DNA of 64,000 nucleotides from Eledone cirrhosa (taxonomy: Eukaryota). Of this stretch, positions 24,069 through 41,500 are shown piece after piece. The DNA lies in the NCBI GenBank assembly GCA_964016885.1, contig OZ024754.1:36084001-36148000 (forward strand), in the 5' to 3' direction. Both the position numbers and the translations under genes were made by a program. The notes under the pieces were generated by a model. That model was not told the DNA's origin. It ran no database searches and saw only the letters and a program-made list of their open reading frames with translations. Within the stretch, counting starts at the first letter, position 1; each line of letters begins with the position of its first letter.

Positions 24069-24549
24069 TATATATATTTTTTTTCAATTCTACTTTTACT
24101 TTCAGTTTTCACTCTACGCCACCAGGATGACCTCCCATAGACAACAACACCCCTGCTCCAAATAACGACCATTTCACTTCTTTACCCTCACCACACCGCA
24201 CCCCTTCCCCCATCCCACACCAACTCAACCCGCACGCCCCACCCCCCACTCTACCCCCAACCCCCACACCAACTCTCCAAATAGCGACCATTTCATTTCT
24301 TTACCCTCACCCCCCCAACTCTACAACCCCCCCACACACACACACTCTACCCCCCACCCAAACATTTCCATATTTCATTTCGGATGTCAGTTATTTCCAA
24401 ATAAACAAGGAATTTGTTTTATATATTTGTTTGTGTGTCTTTATATTTGTTTATGTTCGCTGTTTGTTTCGCTGTTTTGTTTTATTTTATTTTTGTTATG
24501 TTTATATATATACTTTACCGGGTATCATTCGTGCCTTTTCTTGTTATTA

Positions 24550-26594
24550 TTGTTGTTGTTGTTGTTGTTAGTGGTGGTGGTCGTAGGGGTGGTATTGGTG
24601 GTGGTGGTGGTGGTGGTGGTGGTGGTGGTACTGGTGGGGGTTGTGCTAATTGTTGGTGTTGTGGTTGTTGTTGTTAGTGGTGGTGGTCGTAGGGGTTGTA
24701 TTGGTGGTACTGCTGGGGGTTGTGGTAATTGTTGGTGTTGTGGTTGTTGTTGTTAGTTGTGGTGGTCGTGGGGTGGTATTGGTGGTGGTGGTGGTGGTTG
24801 TGTAATTGTTGGTGTTGTGGTTGTTGTTGTTAGTTGTGGTGGTCGTGGGGGTGGTATTGGTGGTACTGCTGGGGGTTGTGGTAATTGTTGGTGTTGTGGT
24901 TGTTGTTGTTAGTTGTGGTGGTCGTGGGGTGGTATTGGTGGTGGTGGTGGTGGTGGTGGTGGTACTGGTGGGGGTTGTCGTTGTTGTTGTTAGTTGTGGT
25001 AGTCGTGGGGTGGTATTGGTGGTGGTGGTCGTGGTGGTGGTAATTGTTGGTGTTGTGGTTGTTGTTGTTAGTTGTGGTAGTCGTGGGGTGGTATTGGTGG
25101 GTGGTGGTCGTGGTGGTGGTGGTGGTACTGATGGGGGTTGTGGTAATTGTTGGTGTTGTGGTTGTTGTTGTTAGTTGTGGTGGTCGTGGGGGTGGTATTG
25201 GTGGTGGTGGTGGTAATTGTTGGTGTTGTGGTTGTTGTTGTTAGTTGTGGTAGTCGTAGGGGTCGTATTGGTGATGGTGGTGGTTGTGTTGGTGGTACTG
25301 GTGGGGGTTGTGGTAATTGTTGGTGTTGTGGTTGTTGTTGTTAGTTGTGGTGGTCGTGGGGTGGTATTGGTGGTGGTGGTCGTGGTGGTGGTGGTGGTAC
25401 TGATGGGGGTTGTGGTAATTGTTGGTGTTGTGGTTGTTGTTGTTAGTTGTGGTGGTCGTGGGGGTGGTATTGGTGGTGGTGGTGGTAATTGTTGGTGTTG
25501 TGGTTGTTGTTGTTAGTTGTGGTGGTCGTAGGGGTGGTCGTAGGGGTGGTATTGGTGGTGGTGGTACTGGTGGTGGTACTGGTGGGGGTTGTACTAATTG
25601 TTGGTGTTGTGGCGGTCGTGGGGAGGTATTTGTGGTGGTGGTGGTGGTGGTACTGGTGGGGGTTGTGGTAATTGTTGTGTTGTGGTTGTTGCTGTTAGTT
25701 GTGGCGGTCGTGGGGGTTGTATTTGTGGTGGTCGTGGGGTGGTATTGGTGGTGGTGGTCGTGGTACTTGGTGGGAGTTGTGGTAATTGTTGGTGGTGGTG
25801 TTGTTGTTGTTGTTAGTGGTGGTGCGGGATATTGGTTGTGGTGGGGGGGTTGTGGTACTGGTTGTGTTGTTGTTGTTGTTGTTGATGATGATGGTGGTGG
25901 TGGTGGTACTGGTTGAGGTGGTGGTGGTAGTACTGGTGTTGTTGTTGGTGGCGGTAGTACTGGTTGTGGTGTTGGTGGTGGGTACTGATTGGTGATGGTG
26001 TTAATGGTGTTGGTGTTGTTGTGGTGGTGGTACTGGTTGGTGTTGTCATTGTTGTTGGTGGTACTGGTTGTGGTGTTGATGGTACTGGTGTTAGTGGTGG
26101 TGGTGGTGGTGATACTGGTTGGTGGTTTTGGTGGTGGGTGTTGGGTGGTGTTGGTGTTGGTTCTGGTGATGGTGGGGTTGTGATGGTGGTGGTGGTGGCT
26201 GTGGTGGTGGTGACGTTGGTGGTGATGATGATAGTGGTGGTGGTGGTGATGGTGGTGGTGGGGTTGTGTGATGGTGATGGTGTGGGGTTGTGTGGTGGTG
26301 GTGGTGGTGGTGGTGGTGGTGGCTGTGGTGGTGGTGACGTTGGTGGTGATGATGATGGTGGTGGTGGTGGTGATGGTGGTGGTGGGGTTGTGTGATGGAG
26401 GTGGTGGTGGTGGTGGTGGTGGTGGGGTGTATGGTGGTGGTGTGGGTGATGGGGATGTCAGGGAGGAAGAGAATAACTTGGATGTCAATAATATTGTTAT
26501 TACCGATGTTACAACTAATTCTCGCTGTTTCTATCTTGTATAACCTTTGTTATGTCTGTTGTTCATGTTGCTGTTGTTGGTTTTGCTGTTGCAG

Positions 26595-26636
<42 letters not shown>

Positions 26637-26725
26637 TTGTTGTTGTTGTTTCAGTTGTTGTTGTTGTTGTTGCTGATTTTGGTGTTGTTGTTGTTGATGT
26701 TGATGTTGCTGTTGTTGTTGTTGCT
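24550..26725. repeat. (GGT/GTT)n tract with degenerate ~70-100 bp higher-order units
   Basis: Recurring GTAATTGTTGGTGTTGTGGTTGTTGTTGTTAGTTGTGG. Confidence 0.9.
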
Positions 26726-26764
26726 GAATGTTTATTTCTATATTTATTATCATTGTTGTAGCCC

Positions 26765-29030
26765 ACAACAACACCAACACCAACACCAACACCAACACCA
26801 ATACTAACACCAACACTAACATCAACACAACACCAACACACACTAACCATCAACACTACATCAACACAACATCAACACTACAACACCAACACCAACACCA
26901 CCACACACCAACACCAACACCAACACCAACCACCAACACCACACCAACCCAACACCAACACACCCACACTAACACCACACAACCTAACACCAACACTAAC
27001 ACCACACCACCACACCACACTAACACCAACACTAACACTAACACCAACACTAACATCAACACTAACATCAACACTAACACCAACACCAACACTAACACCA
27101 ACCACTAACACCAACACACACCACACTAACACCAACACTAACACTAACACCAACACCAACACCAACACTAACACCAACACTAACACACCACACACTAACC
27201 CCCAACACAACACACCAACACCAACACTAACACTCAACACAACATCAACACTAACACCAACACAACACACACACACTAACACCAACACTAACACCAACAC
27301 TAACACCAACACCCAACACTAACACAAACACAACACCACCAACACCAACACCAACACTAACACCAACACTAACACCAACACTAACACCAACACTAACACC
27401 AACACTAACACCAACACTAACATCAACACTAACACTAACACCAACACTAACACTAACACCAACACTAACATCAACACTAACATCAACACTAACACCAACA
27501 CTAACACCAACACTAACACCAACACCAACACTAACACCAACACTAACACCAACACCAACACTAACACCAACACTAACATCAACACTAACATCAACACTAA
27601 CACCAACACTAACACCAACACCAACACTAACACCAACACTAACACCAACACCAACACTAACATCAACACTAACATCAACACCAGCACCAACACCAACACT
27701 AACACCAACACTAACACCAACACCAACACTAACACCAAGACTAACACCAACACTAACATCAACACTAACACCAACACTAACACCAACACCAACACTAACA
27801 CCAACACTAACATCAACACTAACATCAACACTAACACCAACACTAACACCAACACCAACACTAACACCAACACTAACACCAACACCAACACTAACATCAA
27901 CACTAACATCAACACTAACACCAACACTAACACCAACACTAACACCAACACCAACACTAACACCAAGACTAACACCAACACTAACATCAACACTAACATC
28001 AACACTAACATCAACACTAACACCAACACTAACACCAACACCAACACTAACATCAACACTAACACCAACACTAACACCAACACCAACACCAACATCAACA
28101 CCAACACCAGCACCAACAATAACATCAACACCAGCACCAACACCAACACCAACACCAGCACCAACACTAACACCAACACTAACATCAACACCAACACTAA
28201 CACCAACACCAACACCAGCACCAACACTAACACCAACACCAACACCGACACCAACACTAACACCAACACCAACACTAACACCAACACTAACATCAACACT
28301 AACATCAACACTAACACTAACACCAACACCAACACCAACACCAGCACCAACACTAACACCAACACTAACATCAACACCAGCACCAACACCAACACCAACA
28401 CCAACACTAACACTAACACCAACAATAACATCAACACTAACACCAACACCAACACCAACACCAACACCAACATCAACACCAACACTAACATCAACACCAA
28501 CACCAACACCAACACTAACACTAACATCAACACCAACACCAACACCAACACTAACATCAACATCAACACCAACACCAACACTAACATCAACATCAACACC
28601 AACACCAACACCAACACTAACACCAACACCAACACCAACACTAACATCAACACCAACACCAACACCAACACCAACACTAACATCAACATCAACACCAACA
28701 CCAACACTAACATCAACACCAACACCAACACCAACACCAACAATAACATCAACACCAGCACCAACACCAACACCAACACTAACACTAACACAACAATAAC
28801 ATCAACACCAACACCATCACGAACACCAACATCAACACCAACATCAACACCAGCACCAACACCAACACTAACACTAACATCAGCACCAAACCACCACCAA
28901 CACTATCACCAACACCAACTCCACCACGAACACCCACGATGTCACCAAGACCAACACCATAAACCCCACCACCAACACTAATACCAGCACCGCCACCAAC
29001 ACTAATACCAACATCAACCAGCCCCAACAA
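26765..29030. repeat. Hexamer satellite (AACACC/AACACT/AACATC)n
   Basis: Read directly. Confidence 0.95.
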
Positions 29031-29154
29031 CACCATCATGTACCAGTTTACTCAGATAAAGCTATGTACCAGCTGCAGCGGTGGATCTATTCCTTTACTG
29101 CTACATAAGACCGAGTTAAGCTCCAGCTTGATGAAACTTTAGGATCACGAAATA

Positions 29155-29291
29155 AAACATTGTTCACCTTTAAGGCTTCGATCAACCTAACTTTATTATA
29201 TAAGACACTCACCAGAGGTACCATATTGTAGGATCGAACTCGAAATTACTTCCTTTGAAGTAGATCTTCTTAACTACATAATCATGCCTGT
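29155..29291 (-). mobile_element. Old tRNA-derived SINE remnant
   Basis: Minus strand CAGGCATGATTATGTAGTTAAGAAG...GAGTTCGATCC...GAGTGTCTT. Confidence 0.55.
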
Positions 29292-29930
29292 ACGGCTCTT
29301 ATTTTTAAAATAACGCTATTCTACAGGCTGATTCGTCACCATATATATATATTTTTTTCTATTCGTTCTTCTATGTCAACACCGTAGTTGCACTTCTCAA
29401 ACTCTTTGACAACCGAGATCAGTCTCTTATTGTTGTTAATGGTTATGCGTTATTTGTTTGCGTGAATCTCCTGCTGCCTTCTGTAAACTTGTGACAGTTA
29501 AGTGTTTACATTTGTTTAAACAACAGTGTTTTTCTCTGTAGATATACAAAACCAAAAACTAAAAATAAAGCTAATGAACATGAGATCTGTCTTGTGGGAA
29601 TAACATTTGTTGAAACCTTCCTGTAATTACTGCTATACCATAGGGCCCCTTACAGTATTCCATGAGTTTTTGTATAAATATTTATTTAATATATGAGAGT
29701 TATGGTAAGAAATCAGAGAGAAAAAAAATCAATTACAAGACAATGTGATTTTGAAAAATCATATAAGGATTTCGCAGATATATAGTGTACTCTGACCACA
29801 TATAATATATTTGAAGAAGAGAGGTGGTTTTGGGTTAAGGGCGTTATTTATAACTCAGAGAAACACAATTCAGTGACAAACGTTCATACTTGAGTCTCTT
29901 TATGAAATAAAAGATTCATTAAGTCTAGAT

Positions 29931-30215
29931 AAGTCATGGGCAACCTGCGGCCCGCGAAGCTTTCTGACTGGCTCGCCTAAGTCACCTAAGTGAAATCTTT
30001 CTGATTTTTTTTTACCCCAAACGTAATTTATCTTTTTATCATTTTTACGATCGAGGAAAACAACATGTACGAATTCTGAAGAAACAAATCAAAACAACCT
30101 GAGTCACCACCCTTTTTTTTAATGTGGGCATGAATGTAAATTAGCGCTTGCGGCCCGCCTGATGATGAGTCATATCTCATGCGGCCCGCTTCACGGAATA
30201 GGTTGCCCATACCTG
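29931..30215 (+). mobile_element. hAT-like MITE (second family), unexpanded
   Basis: TIRs AAGTCATGGGCAACC/GGTTGCCCATACCTG; GCGGCCCGC subterminal motifs; homologous to 38519-41660. Confidence 0.85.
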
Positions 30216-30582
30216 GGTTACAGGAATGACAGTGACACCAGAATATCAGTTTTTCATTGTTGTGTAAGTTCCCTTGCTGCAGTTTCAAAACCGAAACGGT
30301 AGCCGTATCAATCAATTGGAATGGTCTCAGTTATTCTTCGGTTTTGCAACTACAGTAAAGGGAACTTAGGAATCCTTCTAGCTTTAGGTTGCTTAACTAG
30401 GAATATATCCCCAAGGAAAGATACTTGTGAAGAATTATTTTTAAATTACTTTATTGGGATCTAGCCCTCAGTGAGTTTGTATAATATGTTCAATATGTAT
30501 TCTATTCTCTGAATGAGATTATTTTGCGATCCCTTTTCATTGTGATGTTATGTATATTCGTGATAAATTTACTTATGTATAA

Positions 30583-30618
<36 letters not shown>

Positions 30619-30621
<3 letters not shown>

Positions 30622-30705
30622 AGATTTGAATGGATACAGTTTAGTTGAAAGGAATTTATTGACACGTGTTTCTATAACAGTTACATTACAACACAACGGA
30701 AAATA

Positions 30706-30708
<3 letters not shown>
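30619..30708 (-). mobile_element. Internally deleted ~90-bp derivative of family E in (TA)n
   Basis: Reverse complement equals 133-~157 fused to ~538-603. Confidence 0.85.
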
Positions 30709-30747
<39 letters not shown>

Positions 30748-31077
30748 TTGCGTGTAATTGTATTCATCGGTCCAAATAATGACGTATTATCTTCGTTTTT
30801 TTCTTCCGTTCTTTGCCAGGGAACGTTTCCACGAACCAAAGTATCGTCTTCCTGTCTTCCTCCGGTTGCAACGTGTTTTGAAATATTTACTTCTGCGTTC
30901 ACAGATTGACTTTTTTAGTTTCAGAAGATCCCGTTAAGGGTGAAAGCAGCGATTCTTTGCTTAAACTTTAATCTGTTATTTTAATAAATATTTGCTCTAC
31001 GGTTCTTATATATTTGATATATATTTATCCTTATCGAACCCTCTTTGGATTTTAGTCTTCAAATTTATTATTATTAC

Positions 31078-31136
<59 letters not shown>

Positions 31137-31351
31137 GAATGGGATAAGGGTCAGTAAGGGGGGAGGGGGAGTAGAGTAACAAATCGGGTGGGGTTGGTGT
31201 CAATAGACGGAACAGCCATGAAATGTTGACGAGGCTGATAGCATGGGTGGGAGTGGCAGGGATGGTGTAGGGGCAGGTCGACCATCGATGGATACGCTCG
31301 TTTACCAAACGTGATAATGAAAGTTATTCGCGGCATCAATTAGTTTACAGT

Positions 31352-32297
31352 GGAGGTGGTGGTGGTGTGGGTGTTGTTGTTGTTGTGGGTGATGGTGGTG
31401 GTGCTGGTGGTAGTGGAGGTGGTAGGGTGGTGTGGGTGTTGTTGTTGTGGGTGATATTGGTGATATTGGTGGTGCTGGTGGTAGTGGTGGTGGTGGTAGT
31501 GGTGGTGGTTGTGGTAATGGTTGTGGTAATGGTTGTGGGTGATATTGGTGGTGCTGGTGGTAGTGGTAGTGGTGGTAGGATGATGGTGGTTGTGGTGCTG
31601 GTGGTAGTGGAGGTGGTGGTAGTGGTGGTGGTGGTAGGATGATGGTGGTTGTGGTAATGGTTGTGAGTGATATTGGTGATATTGGTGGTGCTGGTGGTAG
31701 TGGTGGTGGTGGTAGTGGTGGTGGTGGTTGTGGTAATGGTTGTGGGTGGTATTGGTGATATTGGTGGTGCTGGTGGTAGTGGTGGTTGTGGTAGTGGGTG
31801 GTGGTGGTAGTGGTGGTGGTGGTAGTGGTGCTGGTGGTAGTGGTGCTGGTGGTAGTGGTGGTGGTGGTAGTGGTGCTGGCGGTAGTGGTGGTGGTGGTAG
31901 TGGTGGTGGTGGTAGTGGTGATGGTGGTAGTGGTGCTGGTGGTAGTGGTGCTGGTGGTAGTGTTGGTGGTGGTAGTGGTGTTGGTGGTAGTGGTGGTGGT
32001 GGTAGAATGATGGTGGTTGTGGTAGTGGTGGTGGTGGTTGTGGTAATGGCTGTGGGTGATATTGGAGAAGATGATGATAAGAATGGTGGTAGCAATACTG
32101 GTAATTCTGGTGATAATGAGGTGGTGGTGGTGATGCTGGTGGTGGAGGTGGTTGTCGTAGTGGTGGTGGTAGTGGTGATGATGATGATGGGGCTGTGATG
32201 GTGGTGGTGATGGATGGGGTGTGAAAGATGGGAAAATGGGGAGTGTCAAAGTGTGGCAGAAAAGTGGAGTTTAAAAAGAAGAGAAGAGAGAGAGAGA

Positions 32298-32358
<61 letters not shown>

Positions 32359-32760
32359 TGAGAGAGAGAAGGAGGGAGAGGGAGTGAAAGAGAGAACGAG
32401 AGAGGGGGGGTGAAGGAGAAAGGGAGATAATGAGAGAGAGAGAGAGAGAGAGAGCGAGAGCGAGAGAGAGAGAGAGAGAGAAGAGAGAGAGGAGAGAGAG
32501 AGAGAGAGAGAGAGAGTGAGAGAATGAGAGGAGAGAGAAAGTCGTTGGAAAAGAAGAACGAGAGAAAGAGAGAAGAAGGGAGAGGCAGTGAAAGAGAAAG
32601 AGAGAAGAAGAAGAGAGAGAGAGAACGAGAAGGAGAAGAAGAGCGAGAGAGAACGAGAGAGATAGAGAGAGAAAGAGAGATAGATAGAAAGAGAGGGAGA
32701 GAGAGAGCGGGAGAGAACGAAAATGGGAGAGAACGAGGGGAAGAAGATAGAGGAAGAGCT
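31352..32760. repeat. (GGT)n then (GA)n compound tracts
   Basis: Read directly. Confidence 0.9.
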
Positions 32761-33014
32761 AATGGGTGATGGTGAAGGTGGAGGTTGTAGTGGTTGTTTT
32801 AATGGAGGAGGTAGGGAGGAGATGTAAAAAGGAGAATGGTAAAAAATGGAGTCTTTTCTTTTCGTCTTTAAGTACAAAACTATGGAACAGCTGCAGCGAG
32901 ACGAAACCGTCTTGTTGTCAAAGAGTTACGATAGCCGTCGTCTAAACTCTTACCACCACCACCACCTCCACCTCCCACCACATGTATACACACACATAGA
33001 CACATACGCACACA

Positions 33015-33107
<93 letters not shown>

Positions 33108-33121
33108 TGTATGTGTGTATA

Positions 33122-33203
<82 letters not shown>

Positions 33204-33424
33204 TACATATATGTATATATACACACATATACACACATACATATATGCACACGCACACACATACATACACGCGCGTGCATATAATCACATGCGTACATGC
33301 ACACGGATACACATACACACATACATACCTACATATGCATACATACGTACACACACACACACACGCACACACACACATACATGCGTACACACATGCACAC
33401 AGTCACACATGCACACATACACAC

Positions 33425-33463
<39 letters not shown>

Positions 33464-33799
33464 CGTAGAAACAAATACACGTACACCAACCATAACACAC
33501 GCATACACACACAAACACACACAAACACACATACACACATATATACATAAGTACAGACATACATATATACACACATACAGACGCACTCACATACACGTAT
33601 ATATATATATACACGTATATATATACACCAACGCTGTTACACTCTTCAGGCATCACAAAGCTTCTCTTTATTATATAAACAGTCCTGGGTTGTAATCCCA
33701 TCTCAAACATTGTCCCTCACTTCGTTGATATATCACACATAGCAAGCTTCTTAAACACATACACACGCGCACACGCACGCACGCATACACACACATAAA

Positions 33800-34792
<993 letters not shown>

Positions 34793-34887
34793 TCAATAGA
34801 TCAAAAGCACAAAGTGTCAACGAGGATTAATCCTTGTTATACCAAACCATTGATTTCGTTTTTCAAACCCTTACACAACAATAACGG

Positions 34888-36280
<1,393 letters not shown>

Positions 36281-36993
36281 AATAATTATTAATATTTCTT
36301 TATTTGCCATATAAGGATACCGAAGCAGACTTTACAATGACGGAAACTGAACACAAAAAGCTGAGTTTTAAACTCCGCTTCTACAAACAATAGTATTCCT
36401 TGCGGAAGGAGGCGAGTGCTTTTTTATATTTTTATATTCTTAAATATGGATTATAGAAAAATATAGTAATATAAAATAACTATATAAATGAATGAATACA
36501 TCGTTAAATGAATCTAGTCACACAGGGCAAATCAGGGTATCCTGAAAAGCCCAACCATTCTCCTGTCAAAGGAGGCTAATAATGGCTGCTATCCTTTCTT
36601 TCTTCTTCACACCACCCAATATAAGTTAGCTTGCAAGCGAAATTGAAGGGTCGAACCTTTCACCCACGTCATGCCTGTAACTCACGCACGTCCACCCTTC
36701 ATAAAATCTACTCGATGACAAAAAAACTCATCTCTCGCCCCCCACCTCCACACCTCCCACCACCACCACTGCACACACTTTCACTTTCCGCTTCAATAAC
36801 ATCAAACAAACAATAAAACAATTTTTTTCTTTTTAAATGGCTAAAATGCCAGTGATTAACAACAATATCAACCACAATAACTACACAGTAACAATGGCGA
36901 ACAGCAAAAATTACAGCTGTGATGACAACAACAATAACATCACCAATATTACAAACACATGATCAATATCTTAACAACTTTATCAACTACAAT

Positions 36994-37755
36994 AATGGTT
37001 TCTGATTTAGGCTCAAGGCCAGCAATTTTTTGTGAGGGAGGAGAAAGTCAATTAAATTTAAATGGGCTCCAGCGTGTTACTGGTACTTTACTTTATCGTC
37101 CACCCCACCCGCCCCGTCAAGATGAAAGGAAAATCTAACCTCGGCGGGATACAAACACACAACGTAAAGGACCGTATCTCTATGCTGCAAAACATGTTGT
37201 CCGATGCTAGTGAAATAAAGTGTCCTAATCAAAGACGCAACGCGCCACCTGGAATCGTACTTATACCCTTCGGATTGTGAGCCGAACAGCCTAGCCACTA
37301 AGCCAGGCATCTTCACAAACTTAACGATATCAATCACAAGCTGTATCAGTTGTTATAATCAAGGACGTCAACAATTGAGTAAAACAGTAGCCACGGCGGC
37401 CATTAAAACAGAAATACATCTGAAAGAACAACCGCATTATTATCATGTCATCTGTTGTTTGAAGACTGGTACTTTATTTATCGACCTCGGAAGGATGAGA
37501 AGCAAAGCTAACCTCGACCGAATTTGAAATTACTACGTAGGGAGCCATTATAGATAACTGTTTCTACTTTAGGCACAAGGCCAGCAATTTTAGGGGAAGG
37601 TGAAAATCGACCCCAATGCATTACTGGTGCTTTATTTTATCGATCCCGTTAGTACGAAAAGCATGGCTAACCTCGGCGGGATTTGAACTCAGAACGTAAA
37701 GGACCGTAACTCTATACTACGAAACAACATCTGACGCTCTACCAATACTGCAAAT
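36994..37755 (-). mobile_element. Cluster of minus-strand SINE copies (~36994-37210, ~37465-37530, ~37556-37755)
   Basis: Reverse-complement core CTGGTACTTTATTT...ATCGA...AACCTCGGCGGGATTTGAACTC. Confidence 0.8.
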
Positions 37756-38103
37756 TCAGAGTCTTTGTATACAATCAATAACAATTAAGTAGAGAAAATG
37801 ATTAACCGAATTAATGCATTAAACCATTAGATTAATATTATAAATTACAACGGCGACATTATAAGGACAAGAGCAATTAATAGAAATAATAATAAGAAGA
37901 CTTAACGACAGACATTGTTGTTTGAACGTTGATCATTAACCGTTACATAACACAACAGCTACAACAACTACAACATAACACAAGGATACAACAATAAAAC
38001 TGAATTATATACATTAACAATAATAAAAAAAATACTCCATTTTATCGCTTCAAATTATCAGAGGAAACACAAAAACCGCAACAACAATAATAGTTACTGC
38101 TAG

Positions 38104-38139
<36 letters not shown>

Positions 38140-38142
38140 AAT

Positions 38143-38199
<57 letters not shown>

Positions 38200-38518
38200 A
38201 GCCTTTGAAAGTTGAAGCAAACTAGAAGAGAAAATAAACTAGAAGAGAAAATAACAATTACTTAAACATTAATTGTGTTAACCCATTAACTACAACAACA
38301 CATTCAAAAACAACAACATCAACAATTATGAGAACAACAATAATTTTGATGCTCACAAACAACATCAACAACAACAGCAACAAGGAGGACATGATAGTAA
38401 TGTAAAAACAACAACAATTTTTTCTAATTTCTCTGTAAACAGAAAATGGTCAGTTCTTCCCATTTTCCCCCCACAATTAAGTCTTTTCTCTTTTTATTTC
38501 TAACAAAAAAGTCTAGAT

Positions 38519-41500
38519 AAGTCATGGGCAACCCGCGGCCCGCGAAGCTTTCTGACTGGTTCGCCTAAGTCACCTAAGTGAAATCTTTCTGATTTGTTTA
38601 CAACTTTTCAGTCGTAATTTATCTTTCTATCATTTTTACGATCGAGGAAAACAACGTCTACGAATTCTGAAGAAACAAATCAAAACAACCTGAGTTACAG
38701 CCCTTTTTTAAAAAATGTGAATACGAATGTAAATTAGCGCTTGCGGCCCGCCTGATGATGAGTCATATCTCATACGGTCCGCCTGATGATAAGCCATATC
38801 TCATGCGGCCCGCCTGATGATGAGTCATATCTCATGCGGTCCGCCTGATGATGATTCATATCTCATGCGGTCCGCCTGATGATGAGCCATATCTCATGCG
38901 GCCCGCCTGATGATGAGCCATATCTCATGCGGCCCCCCTGATGATGAGCCATATCTCATGCGGCCCGCCTGATGATGAGCCATATCTCATGCGGCCCCCC
39001 TGATGATGAGCCATATCTCATGCGGCCCGCCTGATGATGAGCCATATCTCATGCGGCCCGCCTGATGATGAGCCATATCTCATGCGGCCCCCCTGATGAT
39101 GAGCCATATCTCATGCGGCCCCCCTGATGATGAGCCATATCTCATGATGCCCGCCTGATGATGAGCCATATCTCATGATGCCCGCCTGATGATAAGCCAT
39201 ATCTCATGCGGCCCGCCTGATGATGAGCCATATCTCATGCGGCCTGCCTGATGATGAGCCATATCTCATGCGGCCCCCCTGATGATGAGCCATATCTCAT
39301 GATGCCCGCCTGATGATGAGCCATATCTCATGATGCCCGCCTGATGATAAGCCATATCTCATGCGGCCCGCCTGATGATGAGCCATATCTCATGCGGCCC
39401 GCCTGATGATGAGCCATATCTCATGCGGCCCCCCTGATGATGAGCCATATCTCATGATGCCCGCCTGATGATGAGCCATATCTCATGATGCCCGCCTGAT
39501 GATAAGCCATATCTCATGCGGCCCCCCTGATGATGAGCCATATCTCATGCGGCCCGCCTGATGATGAGCCATATCTCATGATGCCCGCCTGATGATAAGC
39601 CATATCTCATGCGGCCCGCCTGATGATGAGCCATATCTCATGCGGCCCGCCTGATGATGAGCCATATCTCATGATGCCCGCCTGATGATGAGCCATATCT
39701 CAAGCGGTCCGCCTGATGATGAGCCATATCTCATGATGCCCGCCTGATGATGAGCCATATCTCATGCGGCCCGCCTGATGATGAGCCATATCTCATGCGG
39801 CACGCCTGATGACGAGCCATATCTCATGCGGCCCGCCTGATGACGAGCCATATCTCATGCGGCCCGCCTGATGACGAGCCATATCTCATGCGGCCCGCCT
39901 GATGACGAGCCATATCTCATGCGGCCCGCCTGATGATGAGCCATATCTCATGCGGCCCGCCTGATGATGAGCCATATCTCATGCGGCCCGCCTGATGATG
40001 AGCCATATCTCATGCGGCCCGCCTGATGATGAGCCATATCTCATGATGCCCGCCTGATGATAAGCCATATCTCATGCGGCCCGCCTGATGATGAGTCATA
40101 TCTCATACGGTCCGCCTGATGATAAGCCATATCTCATGCGGCCCGCCTGATGATGAGTCATATCTCATGCGGTCCGCCTGATGATGATTCATATCTCATG
40201 CTGTCCGCCTGATGATGAGCCATATCTCATGCGGCCCGCCTGATGATGAGCCATATCTCATGCGGCCCCCCTGATGATGAGCCATATCTCATGCGGCCCG
40301 CCTGATGATGAGCCATATCTCATGCGGCCCCCCTGATGATGAGCCATATCTCATGCGGCCCGCCTGATGATGAGCCATATCTCATGCGGCCCGCCTGATG
40401 ATGAGCCATATCTCATGCGGCCCCCCTGATGATGAGCCATATCTCATGCGGCCCCCCTGATGATGAGCCATATCTCATGATGCCCGCCTGATGATGAGCC
40501 ATATCTCATGATGCCCGCCTGATGATAAGCCATATCTCATGCGGCCCGCCTGATGATGAGCCATATCTCATGCGGCCTGCCTGATGATGAGCCATATCTC
40601 ATGCGGCCCCCCTGATGATGAGCCATATCTCATGATGCCCGCCTGATGATGAGCCATATCTCATGATGCCCGCCTGATGATAAGCCATATCTCATGCGGC
40701 CCGCCTGATGATGAGCCATATCTCATGCGGCCCGCCTGATGATGAGCCATATCTCATGCGGCCCCCCTGATGATGAGCCATATCTCATGATGCCCGCCTG
40801 ATGATGAGCCATATCTCATGATGCCCGCCTGATGATAAGCCATATCTCATGCGGCCCCCCTGATGATGAGCCATATCTCATGCGGCCCGCCTGATGATGA
40901 GCCATATCTCATGATGCCCGCCTGATGATAAGCCATATCTCATGCGGCCCGCCTGATGATGATCCATATCTCATGCGGCCCGCCTGATGATGAGCCATAT
41001 CTCATGATGCCCGCCTGATGATGAGCCATATCTCATGCGGCCCGCCTGATGATGAGCCATATCTCATGATGCCCGCCTGATGATGAGCCATATCTCATGC
41101 GGCCCGCCTGATGATGGGCCATATCTCATGCGGCCCGCCTGATGACGAGCCATATCTCATGCGGCCCGCCTGATGACGAGCCATATCTCATGCGGCCCGC
41201 CTGATGACGAGCCATATCTCATGCGGCCCGCCTGATGACGAGCCATATCTCATGCGGCCCGCCTGATGATGAGCCATATCTCATGCGGCCCGCCTGATGA
41301 TGAGCCATATCTCATGCGGCCCGCCTGATGATGAGCCATATCTCATGCGGCCCGCCTGATGATGAGCCATATCTCATGATGCCCGCCTGATGATAAGCCA
41401 TATCTCATGCGGCCCGCCTGATGATGAGCCATATCTCATGCGGCCCGCCTGATGATGAGTCATATCTCATGCGGCCCGCCTGATGATGAGCCATATCTCA

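Noticed and set aside
30782-30940. Plus-strand exon after a strong pyrimidine tract/CAG, or a degenerate minus-strand hammerhead
   Set aside because: No recognisable peptide; the hammerhead reading lacks the CTG of the core.
33628-33665. Minus-strand CTGAAGA hammerhead start
   Set aside because: Runs into (TA)n before any GAAA or stem III.
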